Shown here: positions 1 through 13,843 of the stretch, piece after piece
Numbering within the stretch: position 1 is the stretch's first letter
Layout of the letters: each line of letters begins with the position of its first letter
Source: Antedon mediterranea
Taxonomy: Eukaryota > Animalia > Echinodermata
NCBI RefSeq assembly: GCF_964355755.1
Contig: NC_092680.1
Coordinates: forward strand, 8,556,001-8,620,000
Direction: 5' to 3'
DNA length: 64,000 bases
Notes under the pieces: generated by a model
The model's input: only the letters and a program-made list of their open reading frames with translations
What the model was told of the DNA's origin: nothing
Databases searched by the model: none
Position numbers and translations under genes: made by a program

Positions 1-2142
1 GAGTCGTTGCGATTAAAATCTGTCGGTCGCTAAACTGATTCATAACGAATTTAAATATTGTATAGTATGAAAATAAGTAAATCAAATATTATTAGGCCTG
101 CATCCATTAATTTGTTATTTTATCGCGTCTATTTCGTATTACAATGCTTTCCGAAAATTATATGGTAGCTTACGGCGAGAGAATGATTCCTTTAAGGCGA
201 GTGGCCATTTAAGATAGCTACTGATCTACCTAATGAACGTTCTTACAAAACGTTTATCAAAAGAATGGATATAGATTGAAGTGATTTTTTTTATGTGGTA
301 ATCTACACAATAATCAGCATGAATATTAAATAGGTTTACATCAATTGAATTTGGAGTGAGGTCGATAATTGAAAAACTGAACAGTTTTCTAGCATATAAT
401 TTATTTTATTTATTTAATTACTTATTTGACCGTTTAATTACGATGATGATAATGAATGCTTACGGTATTCCACTGAAGAGTGAATATGACGTGATCATAA
501 TTAATTGAATTTGTTTAGATTCAACCTGTTAGTGGCGGTTTCATCGCTGTTGGTTGACAACTGAATAAAATAAAAAATAAAAAATAATGAAGAAGGCAGT
601 TCGTGTGAATTCGGTGAAAATGATGAAATGCAAGGTCTTGATGACTTTGTTGTTATTACCATACTAAGAAAAACATATAGGCAAAATAATATAGTATTAT
701 TAAAAATTATATTCTATACCGTTCACCACAATCAAATTGGTACTAAATAAGAAAAATAATTAGTCGTGGAATTCATATTTTTAACACATTTAACATTTTT
801 TAAAGGTCACAAAAGAAAGTCCAATGTACGTCACCTAAGTATACTTCTTCATAAGTTATACTGCTGTTGGTGACATGGGCGATAGTTGGTCATCCTAGTA
901 CCGTTTTAATTTCTTGAAAACACCTCTTGGCGTATGCTAGTAACAAATGGGGAAATATACCTTGTGGTGTAGATAAATTTAAAGATCATCAACATTCATT
1001 TAATCAAACGTATAATTCCAAATAAAATTGAATGTCATAAAAAAGTAATTTTATAGTTCATAAACTTGTATTTTAATTAGTTAATAAAATTATTATATTA
1101 AATACAACAATACTGTTTTTGTCTCCTAAGAAACCCGAGCATGAAACGCGATTCTAAACTCATACTACTGACAATATTATATTAATTAGATATCCTTTGT
1201 ATACACAAAACATACTGTGATTCGATATTAAAATTTAATAAATTCGTTTAACCCTAAATTAGCCAGGTATATCGAATGTACCGCGCTGTTCAGCGTGGGT
1301 TCATTGATAGATAAGAGTGTTGAGTAAGATTCATAGAGATATAATATCTCTGGTGCAATAGTCTGCCTTTGTTACTACTTTTAGCCGCCAACGTCATGGA
1401 CTGAACGTCTACGCGATATGTCGCATGACTATTGATATTCCGCGTGTCATAACCTATTTTAATTGATGTTGAACACTTTTCTATATTGTTCCAATTCTTT
1501 CTTAATTTGACCGTTATTTTGAAATGATATTACTATACCATCTAATCGAACCAACAATGAAGAAACTGACTTTCAGAAGTACCTATAGATTCTTTTCAAA
1601 TTAGTCTGTTGGCACAGAATAAAGTGAAAGGTAAACGCCATTGTGTGTCTAACATTATTCATATTTTATCAAATTAAACTAGTCTTTCATTGTGCTAGCA
1701 TGACTTCTTTCCAATAAAGGAGGACAAAATTGCATTTTTAATGATAATAATTATTTCATATTAGATACCAACTAATAAATCAATTTAAGTAAAAATTCAA
1801 CGGCGAATTATAAACATATATTTATAATTGTCTTAATACTTATTATTTATTAATTCAGTTCTTTAGGAAGTACAACGTCTATATGTTATCATCACTTTCA
1901 TCTAAACTAATTATTGATAGACAGAGATACAGACGAGTTCGAGTTGCGACGAGATACGACCTGACGTCATGTTAATGTATTGTGCGCATGTGAGTTTCGT
2001 GGGGCAACTCTACGTCAAAATGCATACAAAAATATACATTCAACCTTTATATTATTGAATGCACGATAGTTGCAAAAGTCTTCTAACATCCTCCAACTAT
2101 TATAAATAATTGTGAATTTTTACAGTTCATTCTGTTCCTTAA

Positions 2143-2329
2143 ATATGTATTGTTCCCTGAAAAATAATTGTTTTAAATTTTTTTGTTGAACATGCCATTT
2201 TAATGTCACATAATAGTTATTCACTTTGACAAAATATTTTGTCGGAAAAAAAAATTATTTACCTGAATAAAACTGTAATTCAAAGCAAAAAATAGTCCAA
2301 ATTTTCATGTTTTTGGGGGAATAATATCT
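2143..2329. mobile_element. Short degenerate copy of TTAA-flanked (Kolobok-like) MITE
   Basis: TTAA|ATATGTATTGTTCCCT ... GGGGGAATAATATCT|TTAA; termini resemble the 7961-8505 element. Confidence 0.6.
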
Positions 2330-3032
2330 TTAAGGAAAGACTTCACTTCAATAAAAAAAAATCCTCTTAATTTCTGGATTCTTACAACTTTATAATACTA
2401 AATGGAAGCACTCGTGTTAAAATTGAACAAGAACCTCTGCAACAGGAGAATCTACAACAAAATAATATTAGACTGCTACGGTATTTCTTATTGATGTTTT
2501 TGTTTGAACCAATAGCCCTAATGTTAATATTAATGTTAAATAATGTTACGGTATTGGATAATATTGAATTTACTCAATTGAATTTTATTTTGGCTTTATT
2601 AAATTTTATTTATTTTAATTGATTTTTATTAATTGATGTTAATTTATATTTATTTGATGAGTACCGTGTTTTATAGTAAATCATGTTTAATATTAATAAA
2701 AAATCATACTTATGTGTAAATGGCTTATAAATTAAATTAATGGAAAGAAAATGACCAACATACAGGGACGAATGCTAATCTAACGATTTGAAAATTCTAA
2801 GAAACAGCATTCATGTTAATATTATTACAATACTGTGTACAATCATGAGAAAAGTACCGTGGCTCATCGTTTATCTGCCTTTGGCTAAATGAACCGTATA
2901 ATAAATATAAATGCAGTTGATAGCAAATTTAATAGTCTAGCTGTGATTGAACGTCCTTTTCTAGCCCATCATCATGCTTCTCTTCAATGTAAACAAGTAG
3001 TCTTCACGTTCCACAGTTAATTTATTTCATTG

Positions 3033-3287
3033 TTATTCTAAACAGTTTAGAATCCATTGTCTTGGTTGTTCTCTTAATCGATCATTTTCTTGCAACCTAA
3101 TAAAATAGGGTTTTCGCTTTCGTCTTGTAGATTCGCTAAAGTAAATCAATTTCGCCTGTTCTGAGCGTTTTCTCCATCCACGCTCTATCTTGTTTTTTCT
3201 TTCTTTGTTGCGGTTCTCACTGATATAGTCGGTGAAAGCGAATAAAACACCAGAGGCGATGATTCTTCCGACTTCTGACTTATTCCT
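3033..3287 (-). other. Candidate terminal coding exon of an unidentified gene or pseudogene
   Basis: ATG-less open frame of 84 codons plus TAA (RNKSEVGRIIASGVLFAFTDYISENRNKERKNKIERGWRKRSEQAKLIYFSESTRRKRKPYFIRLQENDRLREQPRQWILNCLE*), preceded by TAATAG; higher GC than flanks; no recognised homology. Confidence 0.3.
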
Positions 3288-4495
3288 CTATTAATACACA
3301 CGTATTAGTACCCGGCTCTGCATATTCTTGTAATTTCTCCGTATCATTGTTGGCTAATGAACAGAAGAATTATTTTCGTGTTCTGTTAAATGACAATCTC
3401 TGCCATGATTTATGACTACATTGCATGTTTTGAATAACTAGTCTTTTAAAATGCACTTTACATGTTTTATGCGTTAAAAGACGTTCCGAATATCCTGAAT
3501 GAATGCAAATTCTTAATTCGCTTCATTGTCGTTTTGTGGAGTTGATTGAATAGGTATTCTTCCATTCGTTCCTGTATTAATCATACTTTGATAGTTTTTT
3601 GATGTATCATCTAAAAATCACAAAAACTAAAGTGCTGTGATTATTTCGTGACTTACCGTATAGCTGAGCCAATAACCTCAGTGTAAGTATAAGGTTCTGT
3701 TGGTGGATGTGTTGGTCTGTCCATGAAGGAGGGATTATTCCAAATGATTCTTCTGGACTCTCCATATGAAATAGTGCACCATTACAGATAATGTTTTATC
3801 ACTACGATAGCTCTACTATCTTAGTAGACATACAAACACCCATAAAACTAATGTCTAAGAAATCCAATTTGATTTTATATAATTCTTGACAACTTTGTCA
3901 GGTAGATTACTCCACCCCAAAGCAGAGTTAAAATAATAGATTTAGAAACACGCATATTCGATCAGCTACCAGGTTATAAAATATAGATTTTTCAATTGTT
4001 GCATGAAGACCTATGTCACACTTACCCGACCCTACTATGAACAAATACGTCACATTCCATTGTAATACTACCGGTATGGTTTATAATATTTAATTGGATT
4101 CAATTGTGGATGACAAATCATTAAAGTATTTGGTCAACCTGACAAAAGTGCTCAAATAATGCTGTATTATTATTACGTGCTACTACATCACCAACCAACC
4201 ACTTTTTATAATTATTATAATAATAAAAAGTGAAATATATTGTAAGAAAATATATTTTGAATAGAACAGTTATAAGAGTATAATATAATATTGTGTTTTA
4301 CAAGCCAGTGTTACGTGATGTAATTTTCGAGAGGTCTTGGTTAACTCATAATATTCTTCTACAAATACAATATTTAAATTATTATGTATACAGTATAAAA
4401 CCATATAAAGGTAAAGTATGCGTGGACATTTAAGATTAAATACCGGTAATTAATATGTACTCTTAAATAAATAAAAACAATTTAGTAAGACTTAC

Positions 4496-4602
4496 TGTTG
4501 AATCCGCAACAGAGTTTGGGCAAACTGTTAATAATAACTGTTTTAATACATTGCCTTCGGTTGTGACAGCATTTTGTACCTTTTTTTTTTATCATGTTAA
4601 AT
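4496..4602 (-). other. Candidate Cys-rich internal exon
   Basis: Good acceptor (TTTTCTTTATAG) and donor (GTAAGT); open frame FNMIKKKGTKCCHNRRQCIKTVIINSLPKLCCGFN. Confidence 0.3.
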
Positions 4603-5142
4603 CTATAAAGAAAAATAATAATATATCAACATTAGTATTTAACTTCGATTTAAAAAAAAATTACAATGCTTTTTGTCTACTGTTGCCTCAGCTAGTTTCA
4701 TGAAATCAGAAATCTTCAGTTACTGATCGTTTAATTACGAGTAAATCATATGATATACATAATTACAAGGTAGATTAGATTGTAATTTAAACACCAAAGT
4801 GTTATTCGCTACTAAATAAAAGAGTTGGGCATTATTGATTTTACTTAAACCAACACGGCAAATAAAGCAACTTGTCAATGACGTTGTCCCCCAAGGGAGA
4901 GAAAGTATTATTAAAAACAATTGAAAATGTAATCATTGAGCCGGCCACAATGGATACGCCATTGGGATTTTGAAGTTAATACGAGACAACAACCAATGTG
5001 AACAAATATGGGTAATATTACGTATATACTTCTAGCGAAATGTTTTCGTATATCCATGACACGACAGCCTCAGTTGAAGTTTATTTAACGATGATATAAT
5101 AACATTTTGTAGAATTAAAGTGTACTATAATCAAATGTTTAA

Positions 5143-5400
5143 AGATGTATTAGTCCCCCAGAAAACATTTTTGTTTTAATTTTTTTTTTTTTAATGTGCC
5201 ATTTTAATATCATATAAAAGTTATCCACTTTGACCAAAACTTGGATTGCAAAACACAATTATTTACTTGAAGAAACTGTAATTTAAAGCCAGAAAATAGT
5301 CAAATTGGCAGCCAATGGATTTTTGGTTGAATTTTAGTGAAAAATAATTTTGTTTTTGTTTTTTTTTGTACAATTTCTAACATGTTTTGTTTTTTAAAAA
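5143..5400. mobile_element. Partial Kolobok-like MITE
   Basis: Starts TTAA|AGATGTATTAGTCCCC; body similar to the 2143 and 7961 copies; right end not found. Confidence 0.5.
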
Positions 5401-5800
5401 ATATGCTTGATTCTAATACATTATTTAGGTAACAAAATAATTATTATATATGTATATTAATCGTTGGTCTATATAATCAAAACATTAATTAAAGTAATTT
5501 AATATAGTAGGTAATTTTTAATGATGATTAAAATTGCATCGCTATGTAACCAATAGCATCAGTGTAATTGCTCATTGCAGTATTCAATTCAAGTGTTGTG
5601 CGTTGCAGTCGGTACATGATTATTAGCTTTGTGTTGATGAAGTGTATTATGCAAATGATAGCCTCTTGTAAGAATCACGGTACTGAAAAAAAAATCGATT
5701 GTTACGTAATGTACGAACTCCCATAAAGTCACGTGGCATTGGGAAAATTTTCTTTAAAAACAATAGAATAGAATGTGGATGAATTTGGATCAAAACTAAT

Positions 5801-5882
5801 CACGTGATGTTTACATGGCCGAATCACGAAGAATGGTTACTGCACGTGATGTTTACACGGCCGAATCACGAAAATGGTTTAC
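5801..5882. repeat. Tandem duplication of about 42 bp
   Basis: CACGTGATGTTTACAYGGCCGAATCACGAA(G)AATGGTT twice. Confidence 0.85.
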
Positions 5883-7114
5883 GGTTCTGTTACGCGTCGT
5901 GATATGCCATCGATCCTTTGAAGAATACCGGAAATTGAGAATCTTGACCAAGATACTGAAAGTTACTGAGAGGAGAAACAAATGAAACGAATACAACAGG
6001 CCATCAACGCCGCTCATTGATCGTGAAAATAATCTTTTCTTGCTTCTTGTCTATCAGATCTTTAATTATGATTAGTATTTACGTTTGTTCGATCTATTGT
6101 TACAGTACACTGTTGCATACTGTCGGCGCTTACATTGTGATAGGTTGGCCCGGAAATTGAAGGCGGCCTGATATTATTGGAATGGAAAAATCGAAAGATC
6201 ATCGAACGAACAGTACACTGCCGCATCCGTGATTCACAATAAGTTCTAACCGTTTAAAAAACTACGAAAACATCTATTAAAGTGTGCACTGATTGTGTGC
6301 TAAAATTATTATTTCTTTTAAAGGAAAACATTCTCCTCATTATTGTTAATTATTGTGTTTGTTCTGAAAACATGAATGATGTACTCTATCTATTTATTTG
6401 GTATTACTTCAAGCACTCTCCGATCACGTTTATAATAATAATTACGCGATAATAAGCATTTTGCACTAATAATTATTCCAATAATAATCATTTTCGTCTC
6501 AATCTTTTTAATCGTGCACTTATATCATGTAATCTTGTGTAATCAACAAATTAGTATTAAATTAATTTAGTTCACGAATATGATTAAAATATTTACTTCC
6601 AACAATCATTTAATAGATAAATAATGATAATAATTGGAGAGCAAAATGATATATAGATATTTTATATATAGATTCGTCAATATATAAACCATTATGTACA
6701 AATATGTATTGTCTGTTGTTTGTGTTTGTCTAAACGTAATCCATATTAGTGAATAGGCCTACCTAACTGGTAGCAAACAACATGGGAAAGTTTTATAATG
6801 TTTTTTTCTTTTATGTATTTCTGCTTACTTGTATTGTTGGGGCCCTCATGAGACAAGCTATTGCTTCTGGGGGGTCCCGGTTGTTGTCATATATAATAAC
6901 TTAATAAAAGTGTATATATGATATATGATATATGAAAGAACATCAGCCAACAATACCTGCATGCTAGCGCCCCTAGATAGAGCGGTTGTATAATGAGCAG
7001 CGCCATTGGCACCTGTATTCGGCGGAAGTAATTAGAACCTCTAGACCCTTTTAAACCCTTTATTAAGTTGAACTTCAGACCTCTGACATTTATTTGATGC
7101 TAATATCCAACTGC

Positions 7115-7169
7115 TCACATGGGTATGTCACATGGGTATGTCACATGGGTATGTCACATGGGTATGTCA
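7115..7169. repeat. 13-bp minisatellite x4
   Basis: (TCACATGGGTATG)4. Confidence 0.95.
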
Positions 7170-7381
7170 TTAAAAAAAACATTGTAAGAAACCAACAGAA
7201 AGGTACAAAACTATATAGAAATTTATATACATTATTATTATTATCTATATCTAAACACAGAAGTAATTTTAATTAACACAAAATAGTGTATACGGTAATA
7301 ATTTAATTAATTTTCTTTAAATAATAGGCCTATAATACAATATATTTTTTAAATATCAGAGTTTCGCACAATGTTTTCTTC

Positions 7382-7580
7382 AGGCTTAACACAATAGGAC
7401 AATAACGATCGATGATAAATGGATAACATTTTTCTACCATAAAACAAAAGAGATTCTAGAAGAGTTTTTTATTTTAGAACTATTGGATAATCATTTAATT
7501 TGTCTTTGATAAAGATAATATGTTTTTAAATCCAATCAAATGACATCATGGTTAATAAGAATAATAACAATACAGTGGCA
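7382..7580. mobile_element. Degenerate half copy of the palindromic MITE at 31910-32309
   Basis: TAGGACAATAACGATCGATGATAA...TCCAATCAAATGACATCATG aligns by eye to the arm of the 31910 element. Confidence 0.55.
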
Positions 7581-7960
7581 TATTAAAAGTGAGATAATAT
7601 TTATTATTCTACCGTGATGTATATAATCCAATTTCGATCAACGTTTACACACATTTTATTTGTTCCATTACCTACGCACTCAGAGCATGTCAAATGTCTT
7701 GATATGAGCATAAGAAATATAATTATAATATACAAATTAATTCTAATTAATTCTTAAAATGTTTGTTAACCAAGCTAAGAGAGTATAATAATATACATAG
7801 TCTTAGTCATTCAAAATGTTATTCTATGGTAGTTTTTGCAATAAGTACATTTTGTTATACTGCAATAGGTGAAAGATAAACAAAAAGGTAGTTCACAGTA
7901 GAATCAATTTGTCATGGTCGCTTAAGGAAACTAAGAGAATATATAGCCGTACAATATTAA

Positions 7961-8505
7961 AGATGTATTGTCCCTTTGACTAATTCCAAAAAAATAAGAA
8001 ATAAAAGATTTCGAAAAAAGTGGGTCATTTTGAAGTATCATAATAGTTATTAACTATCACCAAAAATTTTTCGAAAAAAACAAAATTTAACTGAAATACA
8101 GACGTTTTTTGGTTAAAAAAATAACTTTGACTTCCAGTCAAAGTTTTCAATCAAAACATATCCCATAATGCAACGCACTTGTTTGGCTACTCTGTATGCA
8201 TATCATAAAACTTCCTCATGATCTGTGTGAAAATACCTTCTTAACCGTGACTAGTTGTAAACAATCATAATTTAGCATATGCATAATGCGTACTCATGGT
8301 TTGAAATCTTTGTTTACTTTCGCTCGTGACGATTTTCCAGATGAAATGTAATTAAACTAATTTACCTGTTAATTACGTAAACTTGTTGTTTTTGGCTCGA
8401 ATTTTCGACTTAAAGTGAATAACTTTAATATTACTTTGATATGGCCACTTTAAATTTAGAATATTTTAACTATCATTTTTTTGTGTTTCAATGGACAATA
8501 CATCT
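7961..8505. mobile_element. Non-autonomous DNA transposon with TTAA target duplication (Kolobok-like MITE)
   Basis: TTAA|AGATGTATTGTCC ... GGACAATACATCT|TTAA: 13-bp perfect TIR, TTAA TSD, 5'-AG start. Confidence 0.8.
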
Positions 8506-9187
8506 TTAATATTATTTGATAATAATTTTTAAGATACATTGTTAAATACCTAAATTACGTGATGATCATCAAGATATTTTTTTTTTTTAAGAAAAAAAAT
8601 AATATAAAAGCATTCACGTGACAATGAAGATTTAATCAACTAACAGAAACGTTGATACAGAAATAACTTACAAAAAGTTTTAATAGTATCTTTCTGGGTA
8701 TAATATAAATATATGTGTTTTATCTATAAAATGATGTATTGAAATAATGATTCCACATCAAATTACAATATATCCTTGCGGCACTATGATACTTTTAGTA
8801 ACTGTATAATGGCGTATAGCCTTTTCGATCTCACATTACCTTACGAGATTGGTGTACCATTTTATGGTAGATATTTTCTTGATTGTCTAATAAGCCAAAT
8901 AGAAATGATTTTCCTCAAATAACAGATATTGATATCGTCTACTTTAAAAAGTCCCGACTCTACTTGATGCAAAATTGTAGACGAGAATTAGTTAAAAGGA
9001 GTACCTTTTAAGGTAAGTGATTGTTTGTTCGTCTTGAAATTCACTTTACTTGATAATGTTACGTAAAAAAATGAAATTCATTTATAAAAACACAATTCAA
9101 AATATATGTATAAATATATAGTTGATGAAGGCAATAATAACCTAAATTTGAGAACATTTCAGGAAACTTTGTTTAACACGTTTGTTG

Positions 9188-9410
9188 ATTTCGATTTTTA
9201 TTCAAACAGTGAGTGATATAGATAATAATATTATATATTATACATTATAAATTATAAAACATCTAAAAATGTTTTTTTTTGTTTAAATCACAAACTTTGT
9301 TAATTTCGATTTTTAATTAAACAAACAGTGAGTGATATAGATAATAATATTATATATTTTACATTATAAATTATAAAACATCTAAAATTGTTTTTTGGTT
9401 TAAATCACAA
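9188..9410. repeat. Tandem duplication of about 120 bp
   Basis: ATTTCGATTTTTA...AAACAGTGAGTGATATAGATAATAATATTATATATT...CATCTAAAA...GTTTAAATCACA twice. Confidence 0.85.
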
Positions 9411-12386
9411 GACTTTATAGAACGGACGGATTTTCTTAAATGACAGTTTCCCAAATCCACGATTCCAAATTCTATTTGTCTTAGTATTTTAGTGGGATTT
9501 TTTTCAAATTTAAAAGAAAACAAACTATATAAAATAATTATAATTATTTTTTATTTTTGAATTTTACTGTGAAATTACTAGAACGTCTAAAAATAAAAAC
9601 TCTATACGGTTTTTTTTAATACTCAATTCTTATACATGTCTTTTTAGTCAGCTTTTTTTTCTTGTCTACTTCATTATGCTCATAATAATTTATATATCTG
9701 TTGAATTATCGACGTGTTTTAAAATAATACCAACAGCAAAGAAAACGTGAAATTTGGCCTCTAACGTATATATTTTATTTCCATTTAATATCGAATAACA
9801 ATAAATTATTTAAATAACAATAAATCTTGATTTGGTTTGTTCAATTTTTAATAAAATCCAATCAAGTTTATTACAGATATAAGCAATTTAGTTGTTTGTT
9901 GGTAAAAGACAGTTATTATTGAATGAGAATTCAACAATAGAATTTAATGGAAATAGCATACAAAATACATCTGTATGAGGTAAAGGAGAGATATAATATG
10001 AAGGTACACTTTTCAGATTAAGAAATAACAATGTACGTATATAAAATAAACGACGTAGAAGCAGTATTTCCCCATTGTTCACTGCTATTAGTATCAATAT
10101 GAATGGAATTGAAATCGTATTTTCAATCCATTGGTACAAAGATAACAACCTCAATTCATTTTATTTTTAGATAATGTAACAACGCCGTGTATAAAGTACT
10201 TCTGGCTAATAACGAATCAAATAGATTATACAAATACCCACGTTTATATTATTGAGATATTGTGAAAACAAAAAGTTTATTCAAATGTCCTCTACCAACA
10301 AAATAGTTTGATAAATCGTCTCTACTGAAACAGAATTATGTGGGTAACAATGGTTTATATAGTATCAATTGAGATACAAGGAAAATACAGAAATGTCAAC
10401 GTAAATATACAGAAATTCCCAGCAAAATTTGTTGCAAAATTGTTATTATTATTTGTTATTAAGTTAAGATACGAATCAATCCATATCATAAAAGAAGAAA
10501 ACAACCATTCCTTTTGCACATTGTTAGCATCTTAACTTTGAGTGTCATTGAAAATCAAGAATTATCAAGAAATATCAAAATTTGAACGCGCGCGTACATC
10601 AAAGTTTATCATTGCGTTACTGAATGTTGATAATCAGAATATATCCTTCCTATTTTCACACACAGAAACATTTTTTTAAGTGACCATGAAGGAAATAAAA
10701 ATCTTATTTTTTATGTCGAATCTAATTCTCTATTAGTTTCCGATGTCTATTTTCCGTGTCTAAGTTTACGATCATGTACGACATACTTTGCGAACACAGC
10801 GCATCTTTACTTGGTGTTTTAGAAATGTATACTTTCTTACTTTAAACCATATCAATTCACCACTCATCAATCAATGACAAAATACTAAACTGAACGACTT
10901 TCTATCGTAATTCATTGCTACCATTTAGCGAAACATACACATCGATAAACGTACCTTCAAACATGCACAAAGGTTGCCGAAATGTCGCAAAGAAACATAG
11001 GTTCGAATCTATAAAAACAAATACATTTCTAACAGAAAGAAAAACTCTAAACAGACAATGTGAAATAATAGATATTTTTTATAATGTTAAAAAACAATTA
11101 CATTAAATGTACTTAAATTAAGGTAATCGTACAGAATTTTAAATTACGTAAACGTACCGTACGTACAATTATACGTTAAATGCATCGTACTTCAAATACG
11201 TTAAAACCAGTAAACAATTTTTTGTTCGATTATTAAAAGTATATTAGTATAGTAACATCATATAACCAATTTGGCCAAAACCATCTGTATTGGGTAAGTA
11301 TATAAAATATTATTGAATAACTGTATTTATTCTATACAATAATTGCAAATGAAAACTCAACTATAGAGATGCATTTTAATGATACAATAAATAAAATGTT
11401 TTGGGTTTAATCAAATATCGAATTATTTTGTATATTAATTAATTTATAATTTTGAATATAATAATGTATAATAAATGACAAACAAGATAACAGTAATGTC
11501 TTAACGCCTACTCATTACGTCGTAATCAGTTAAAAAATAAAAAATAAAACAACGAAGACAATTTTTAGTTTTAGAAGATAAGAATGCATCCATCGCTGCC
11601 GCAGTTCAGAGTATGTTGAAAGTGCTAAGGTTATAATTGAGTATTTAATGGGTTGTTGGTTAAAGATGATGTAAACAATATTAAATGAAAACCTATGTAG
11701 ACAATTAAGTGCACACGATAAATCTTCATTATTTTACACTGCTTTTACCAATTCGGTTGAAAGGTATGGTAAGCAACAAGAGCATTAATTACACTACTCA
11801 GTTGGAAAGCACTAGAATTATTGGCAGCACTGACATAACGTGAGGGGAGCAGCATGTTTGAAAAGTGGTAACAACCAAGTCCAAACGCCATGAGAAATGA
11901 TCGTTGGAATAATAGCACTGTACAAATGAAAATTATCATTATATTTTATATAACACCTAAATTAATTCCTGTCATTTGATTAGACGAATGTGGGTCACAT
12001 GGGGTGCACTATCCAACGATCGTTTAATAGTACTTTTTTGTGTACGGAAAAAATTTCGTTTCGCGTTTGAAAAATATTTTGTTTTATACTATTGATTTTG
12101 AAATACAACATCGCCACCTATTTTGTGCTTTCGCCGCAAATTGAATGTTAGGTTTAGCGATAAAAGTACATCTTTTGGAGCGATATATATGTACTAATTT
12201 AGATCAAAAAGGCACTAAAATTAGCTTTAGCTCGTTTGTAGGATTTTGATAAATTAATGGGAGCATCTCTACAAGACGTGAAGACCATAATAAGCCTAAA
12301 TGAGTTCAAATTGTCTGTCGAAGTTTTGCCTTTCGGCCAAGCTAGTACTAGGTTTAGCCTATGCCTAGCTAGATGTAATATAAAAC

Positions 12387-12513
12387 AAATGATGAATGTT
12401 TTATATTCGTGTAATGGTACAAATAATGGCTTTTGGTGAATGATGAAAGGTTATATTTCATCATTCACCTCATGCCATTATTTGTACCATTACACTCATA
12501 AACATTCATTATT
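12387..12513. repeat. Inverted repeat / hairpin, probably a transposon end
   Basis: GTGTAATGGTACAAATAATGGC versus GCCATTATTTGTACCATTACAC, with imperfect extension outward. Confidence 0.7.
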
Positions 12514-12646
12514 TGAATAATATAAAATGGTAAGCTAGGAGGCGCTGTGATAGTTCGGTGTGGTTTCACTTCTATTTATGACCTTTTAAGGCTATCGATT
12601 TTCTTTTAAATAAAAAAAATAGTGCCCGTTCAAATTTGTTTTTACC

Positions 12647-13281
12647 TTTTTTTTTGTCTATGTAGGATCGACCAACTTTTATTTCTTCATCAATAAAATT
12701 TTCGTTTACAATGCATTGCACATGAGCAATGTAATGATACAATACAGTATAATTGACATTAAATAACTTCCAGTACATCTGATATCTCACTCCTACCATT
12801 ACATTTTATATAATAGTATAAGGAAAGAAGATAAAAAAATTCCTCTATGTTATACACTCTTTACCCGTTTTTCAATCCTTAACAATGTAGGCCTACGTAT
12901 AATTTACCACAGAATTCTTTATTTTATAACTCTTTTTATCTCTTTCAGGCAATCAAAAAAAAGTTATATTTTACTTTACCTAAATATCAATTTTATAAAC
13001 GTTAATTTTATACCTTGCTAAATTGTTGAGGTCCATATCTGACCACATTTTTTTGCCCTTTCTTTATTTATTAAAAACTCACAATTGATTATACCTTCTA
13101 ACTCCGCAGTGAACATTAACCATGAACATTTTTTAACAAGTCCTAGTCTATGTTTGACTTTACTTTTATAAACACAGAAAGTTAAAATGGAAAATATTTC
13201 ATTAATTTTGACATCATATTTTCCAAGTAAAATTTTCTCCCATGTAACTTCCTGAGTAAATGCAAAACATGTTTTCAGCAT
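12647..13281 (-). mobile_element. 3' fragment of L1/Tx1-like non-LTR retrotransposon (family B)
   Basis: Degenerate ORF2 C-terminus (KILLG...FSILTFCVYKSK), AT-rich 3' UTR, AATAAA and A tail; homologous inverted copy at 59229-59813. Confidence 0.65.
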
Positions 13282-13436
13282 AGCGCAACAAATTTGTTTT
13301 TACCTAACAAAGAAACAACACTAGTAATATATTCGTAAATAAATTTTGTAATAATATTATCATTAGTAAATTCATCTATGACCTGATCTGACATAATACA
13401 ATCTCATTCGGTCGTCGTAAAGAAGTTGGTATAAAC

Positions 13437-13843
13437 AAAGAACTTATAACACAAGAATCTCCTGTTCTTCAATTTGCATTCAAAACACAGTATCGGAAGT
13501 ACAGGGTTAAAAGGTCAAACTGGGCGACGCCATTTCACAGCATGGAGCAGCGCCCCTTCCAAACTAGGAAGTCAATTACTCTACCCCCCTAGAGTATTAG
13601 CACAACCCCTCTATGATTTTGACTTTCTAATTTGATGCGGGCGCCCTACTCCTCAGTCAATTACTCTATCCCCCCTAGAGCATTAGCAGATCCCCTATAT
13701 GATTTTGACTTTCTAATTTGATGCGGGCGCCCTACTCCATGGCTCACAATGGCGCCACCCATAGCTCTATTCTATCCCACAATGCCTTTCGAAATTGTTA
13801 CGCGCTTCGGACGAACAGGAGATTCTTGTGTTATAAGTTCTTT
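13437..13843. mobile_element. Mutator-like MITE (31-bp TIR, 9-bp TSD)
   Basis: Perfect TIR AAAGAACTTATAACACAAGAATCTCCTGTTC at both ends; TSD GGTATAAAC at 13428-13436 and 13844-13852; internal tandem duplication of about 83 bp (13571-13738). Confidence 0.9.

Noticed and set aside
7115-7169. CRISPR-like array (also 50510-51216 and the GACA repeats)
   Set aside because: Head-to-tail repeats with no unique spacers, eukaryotic context and no cas genes
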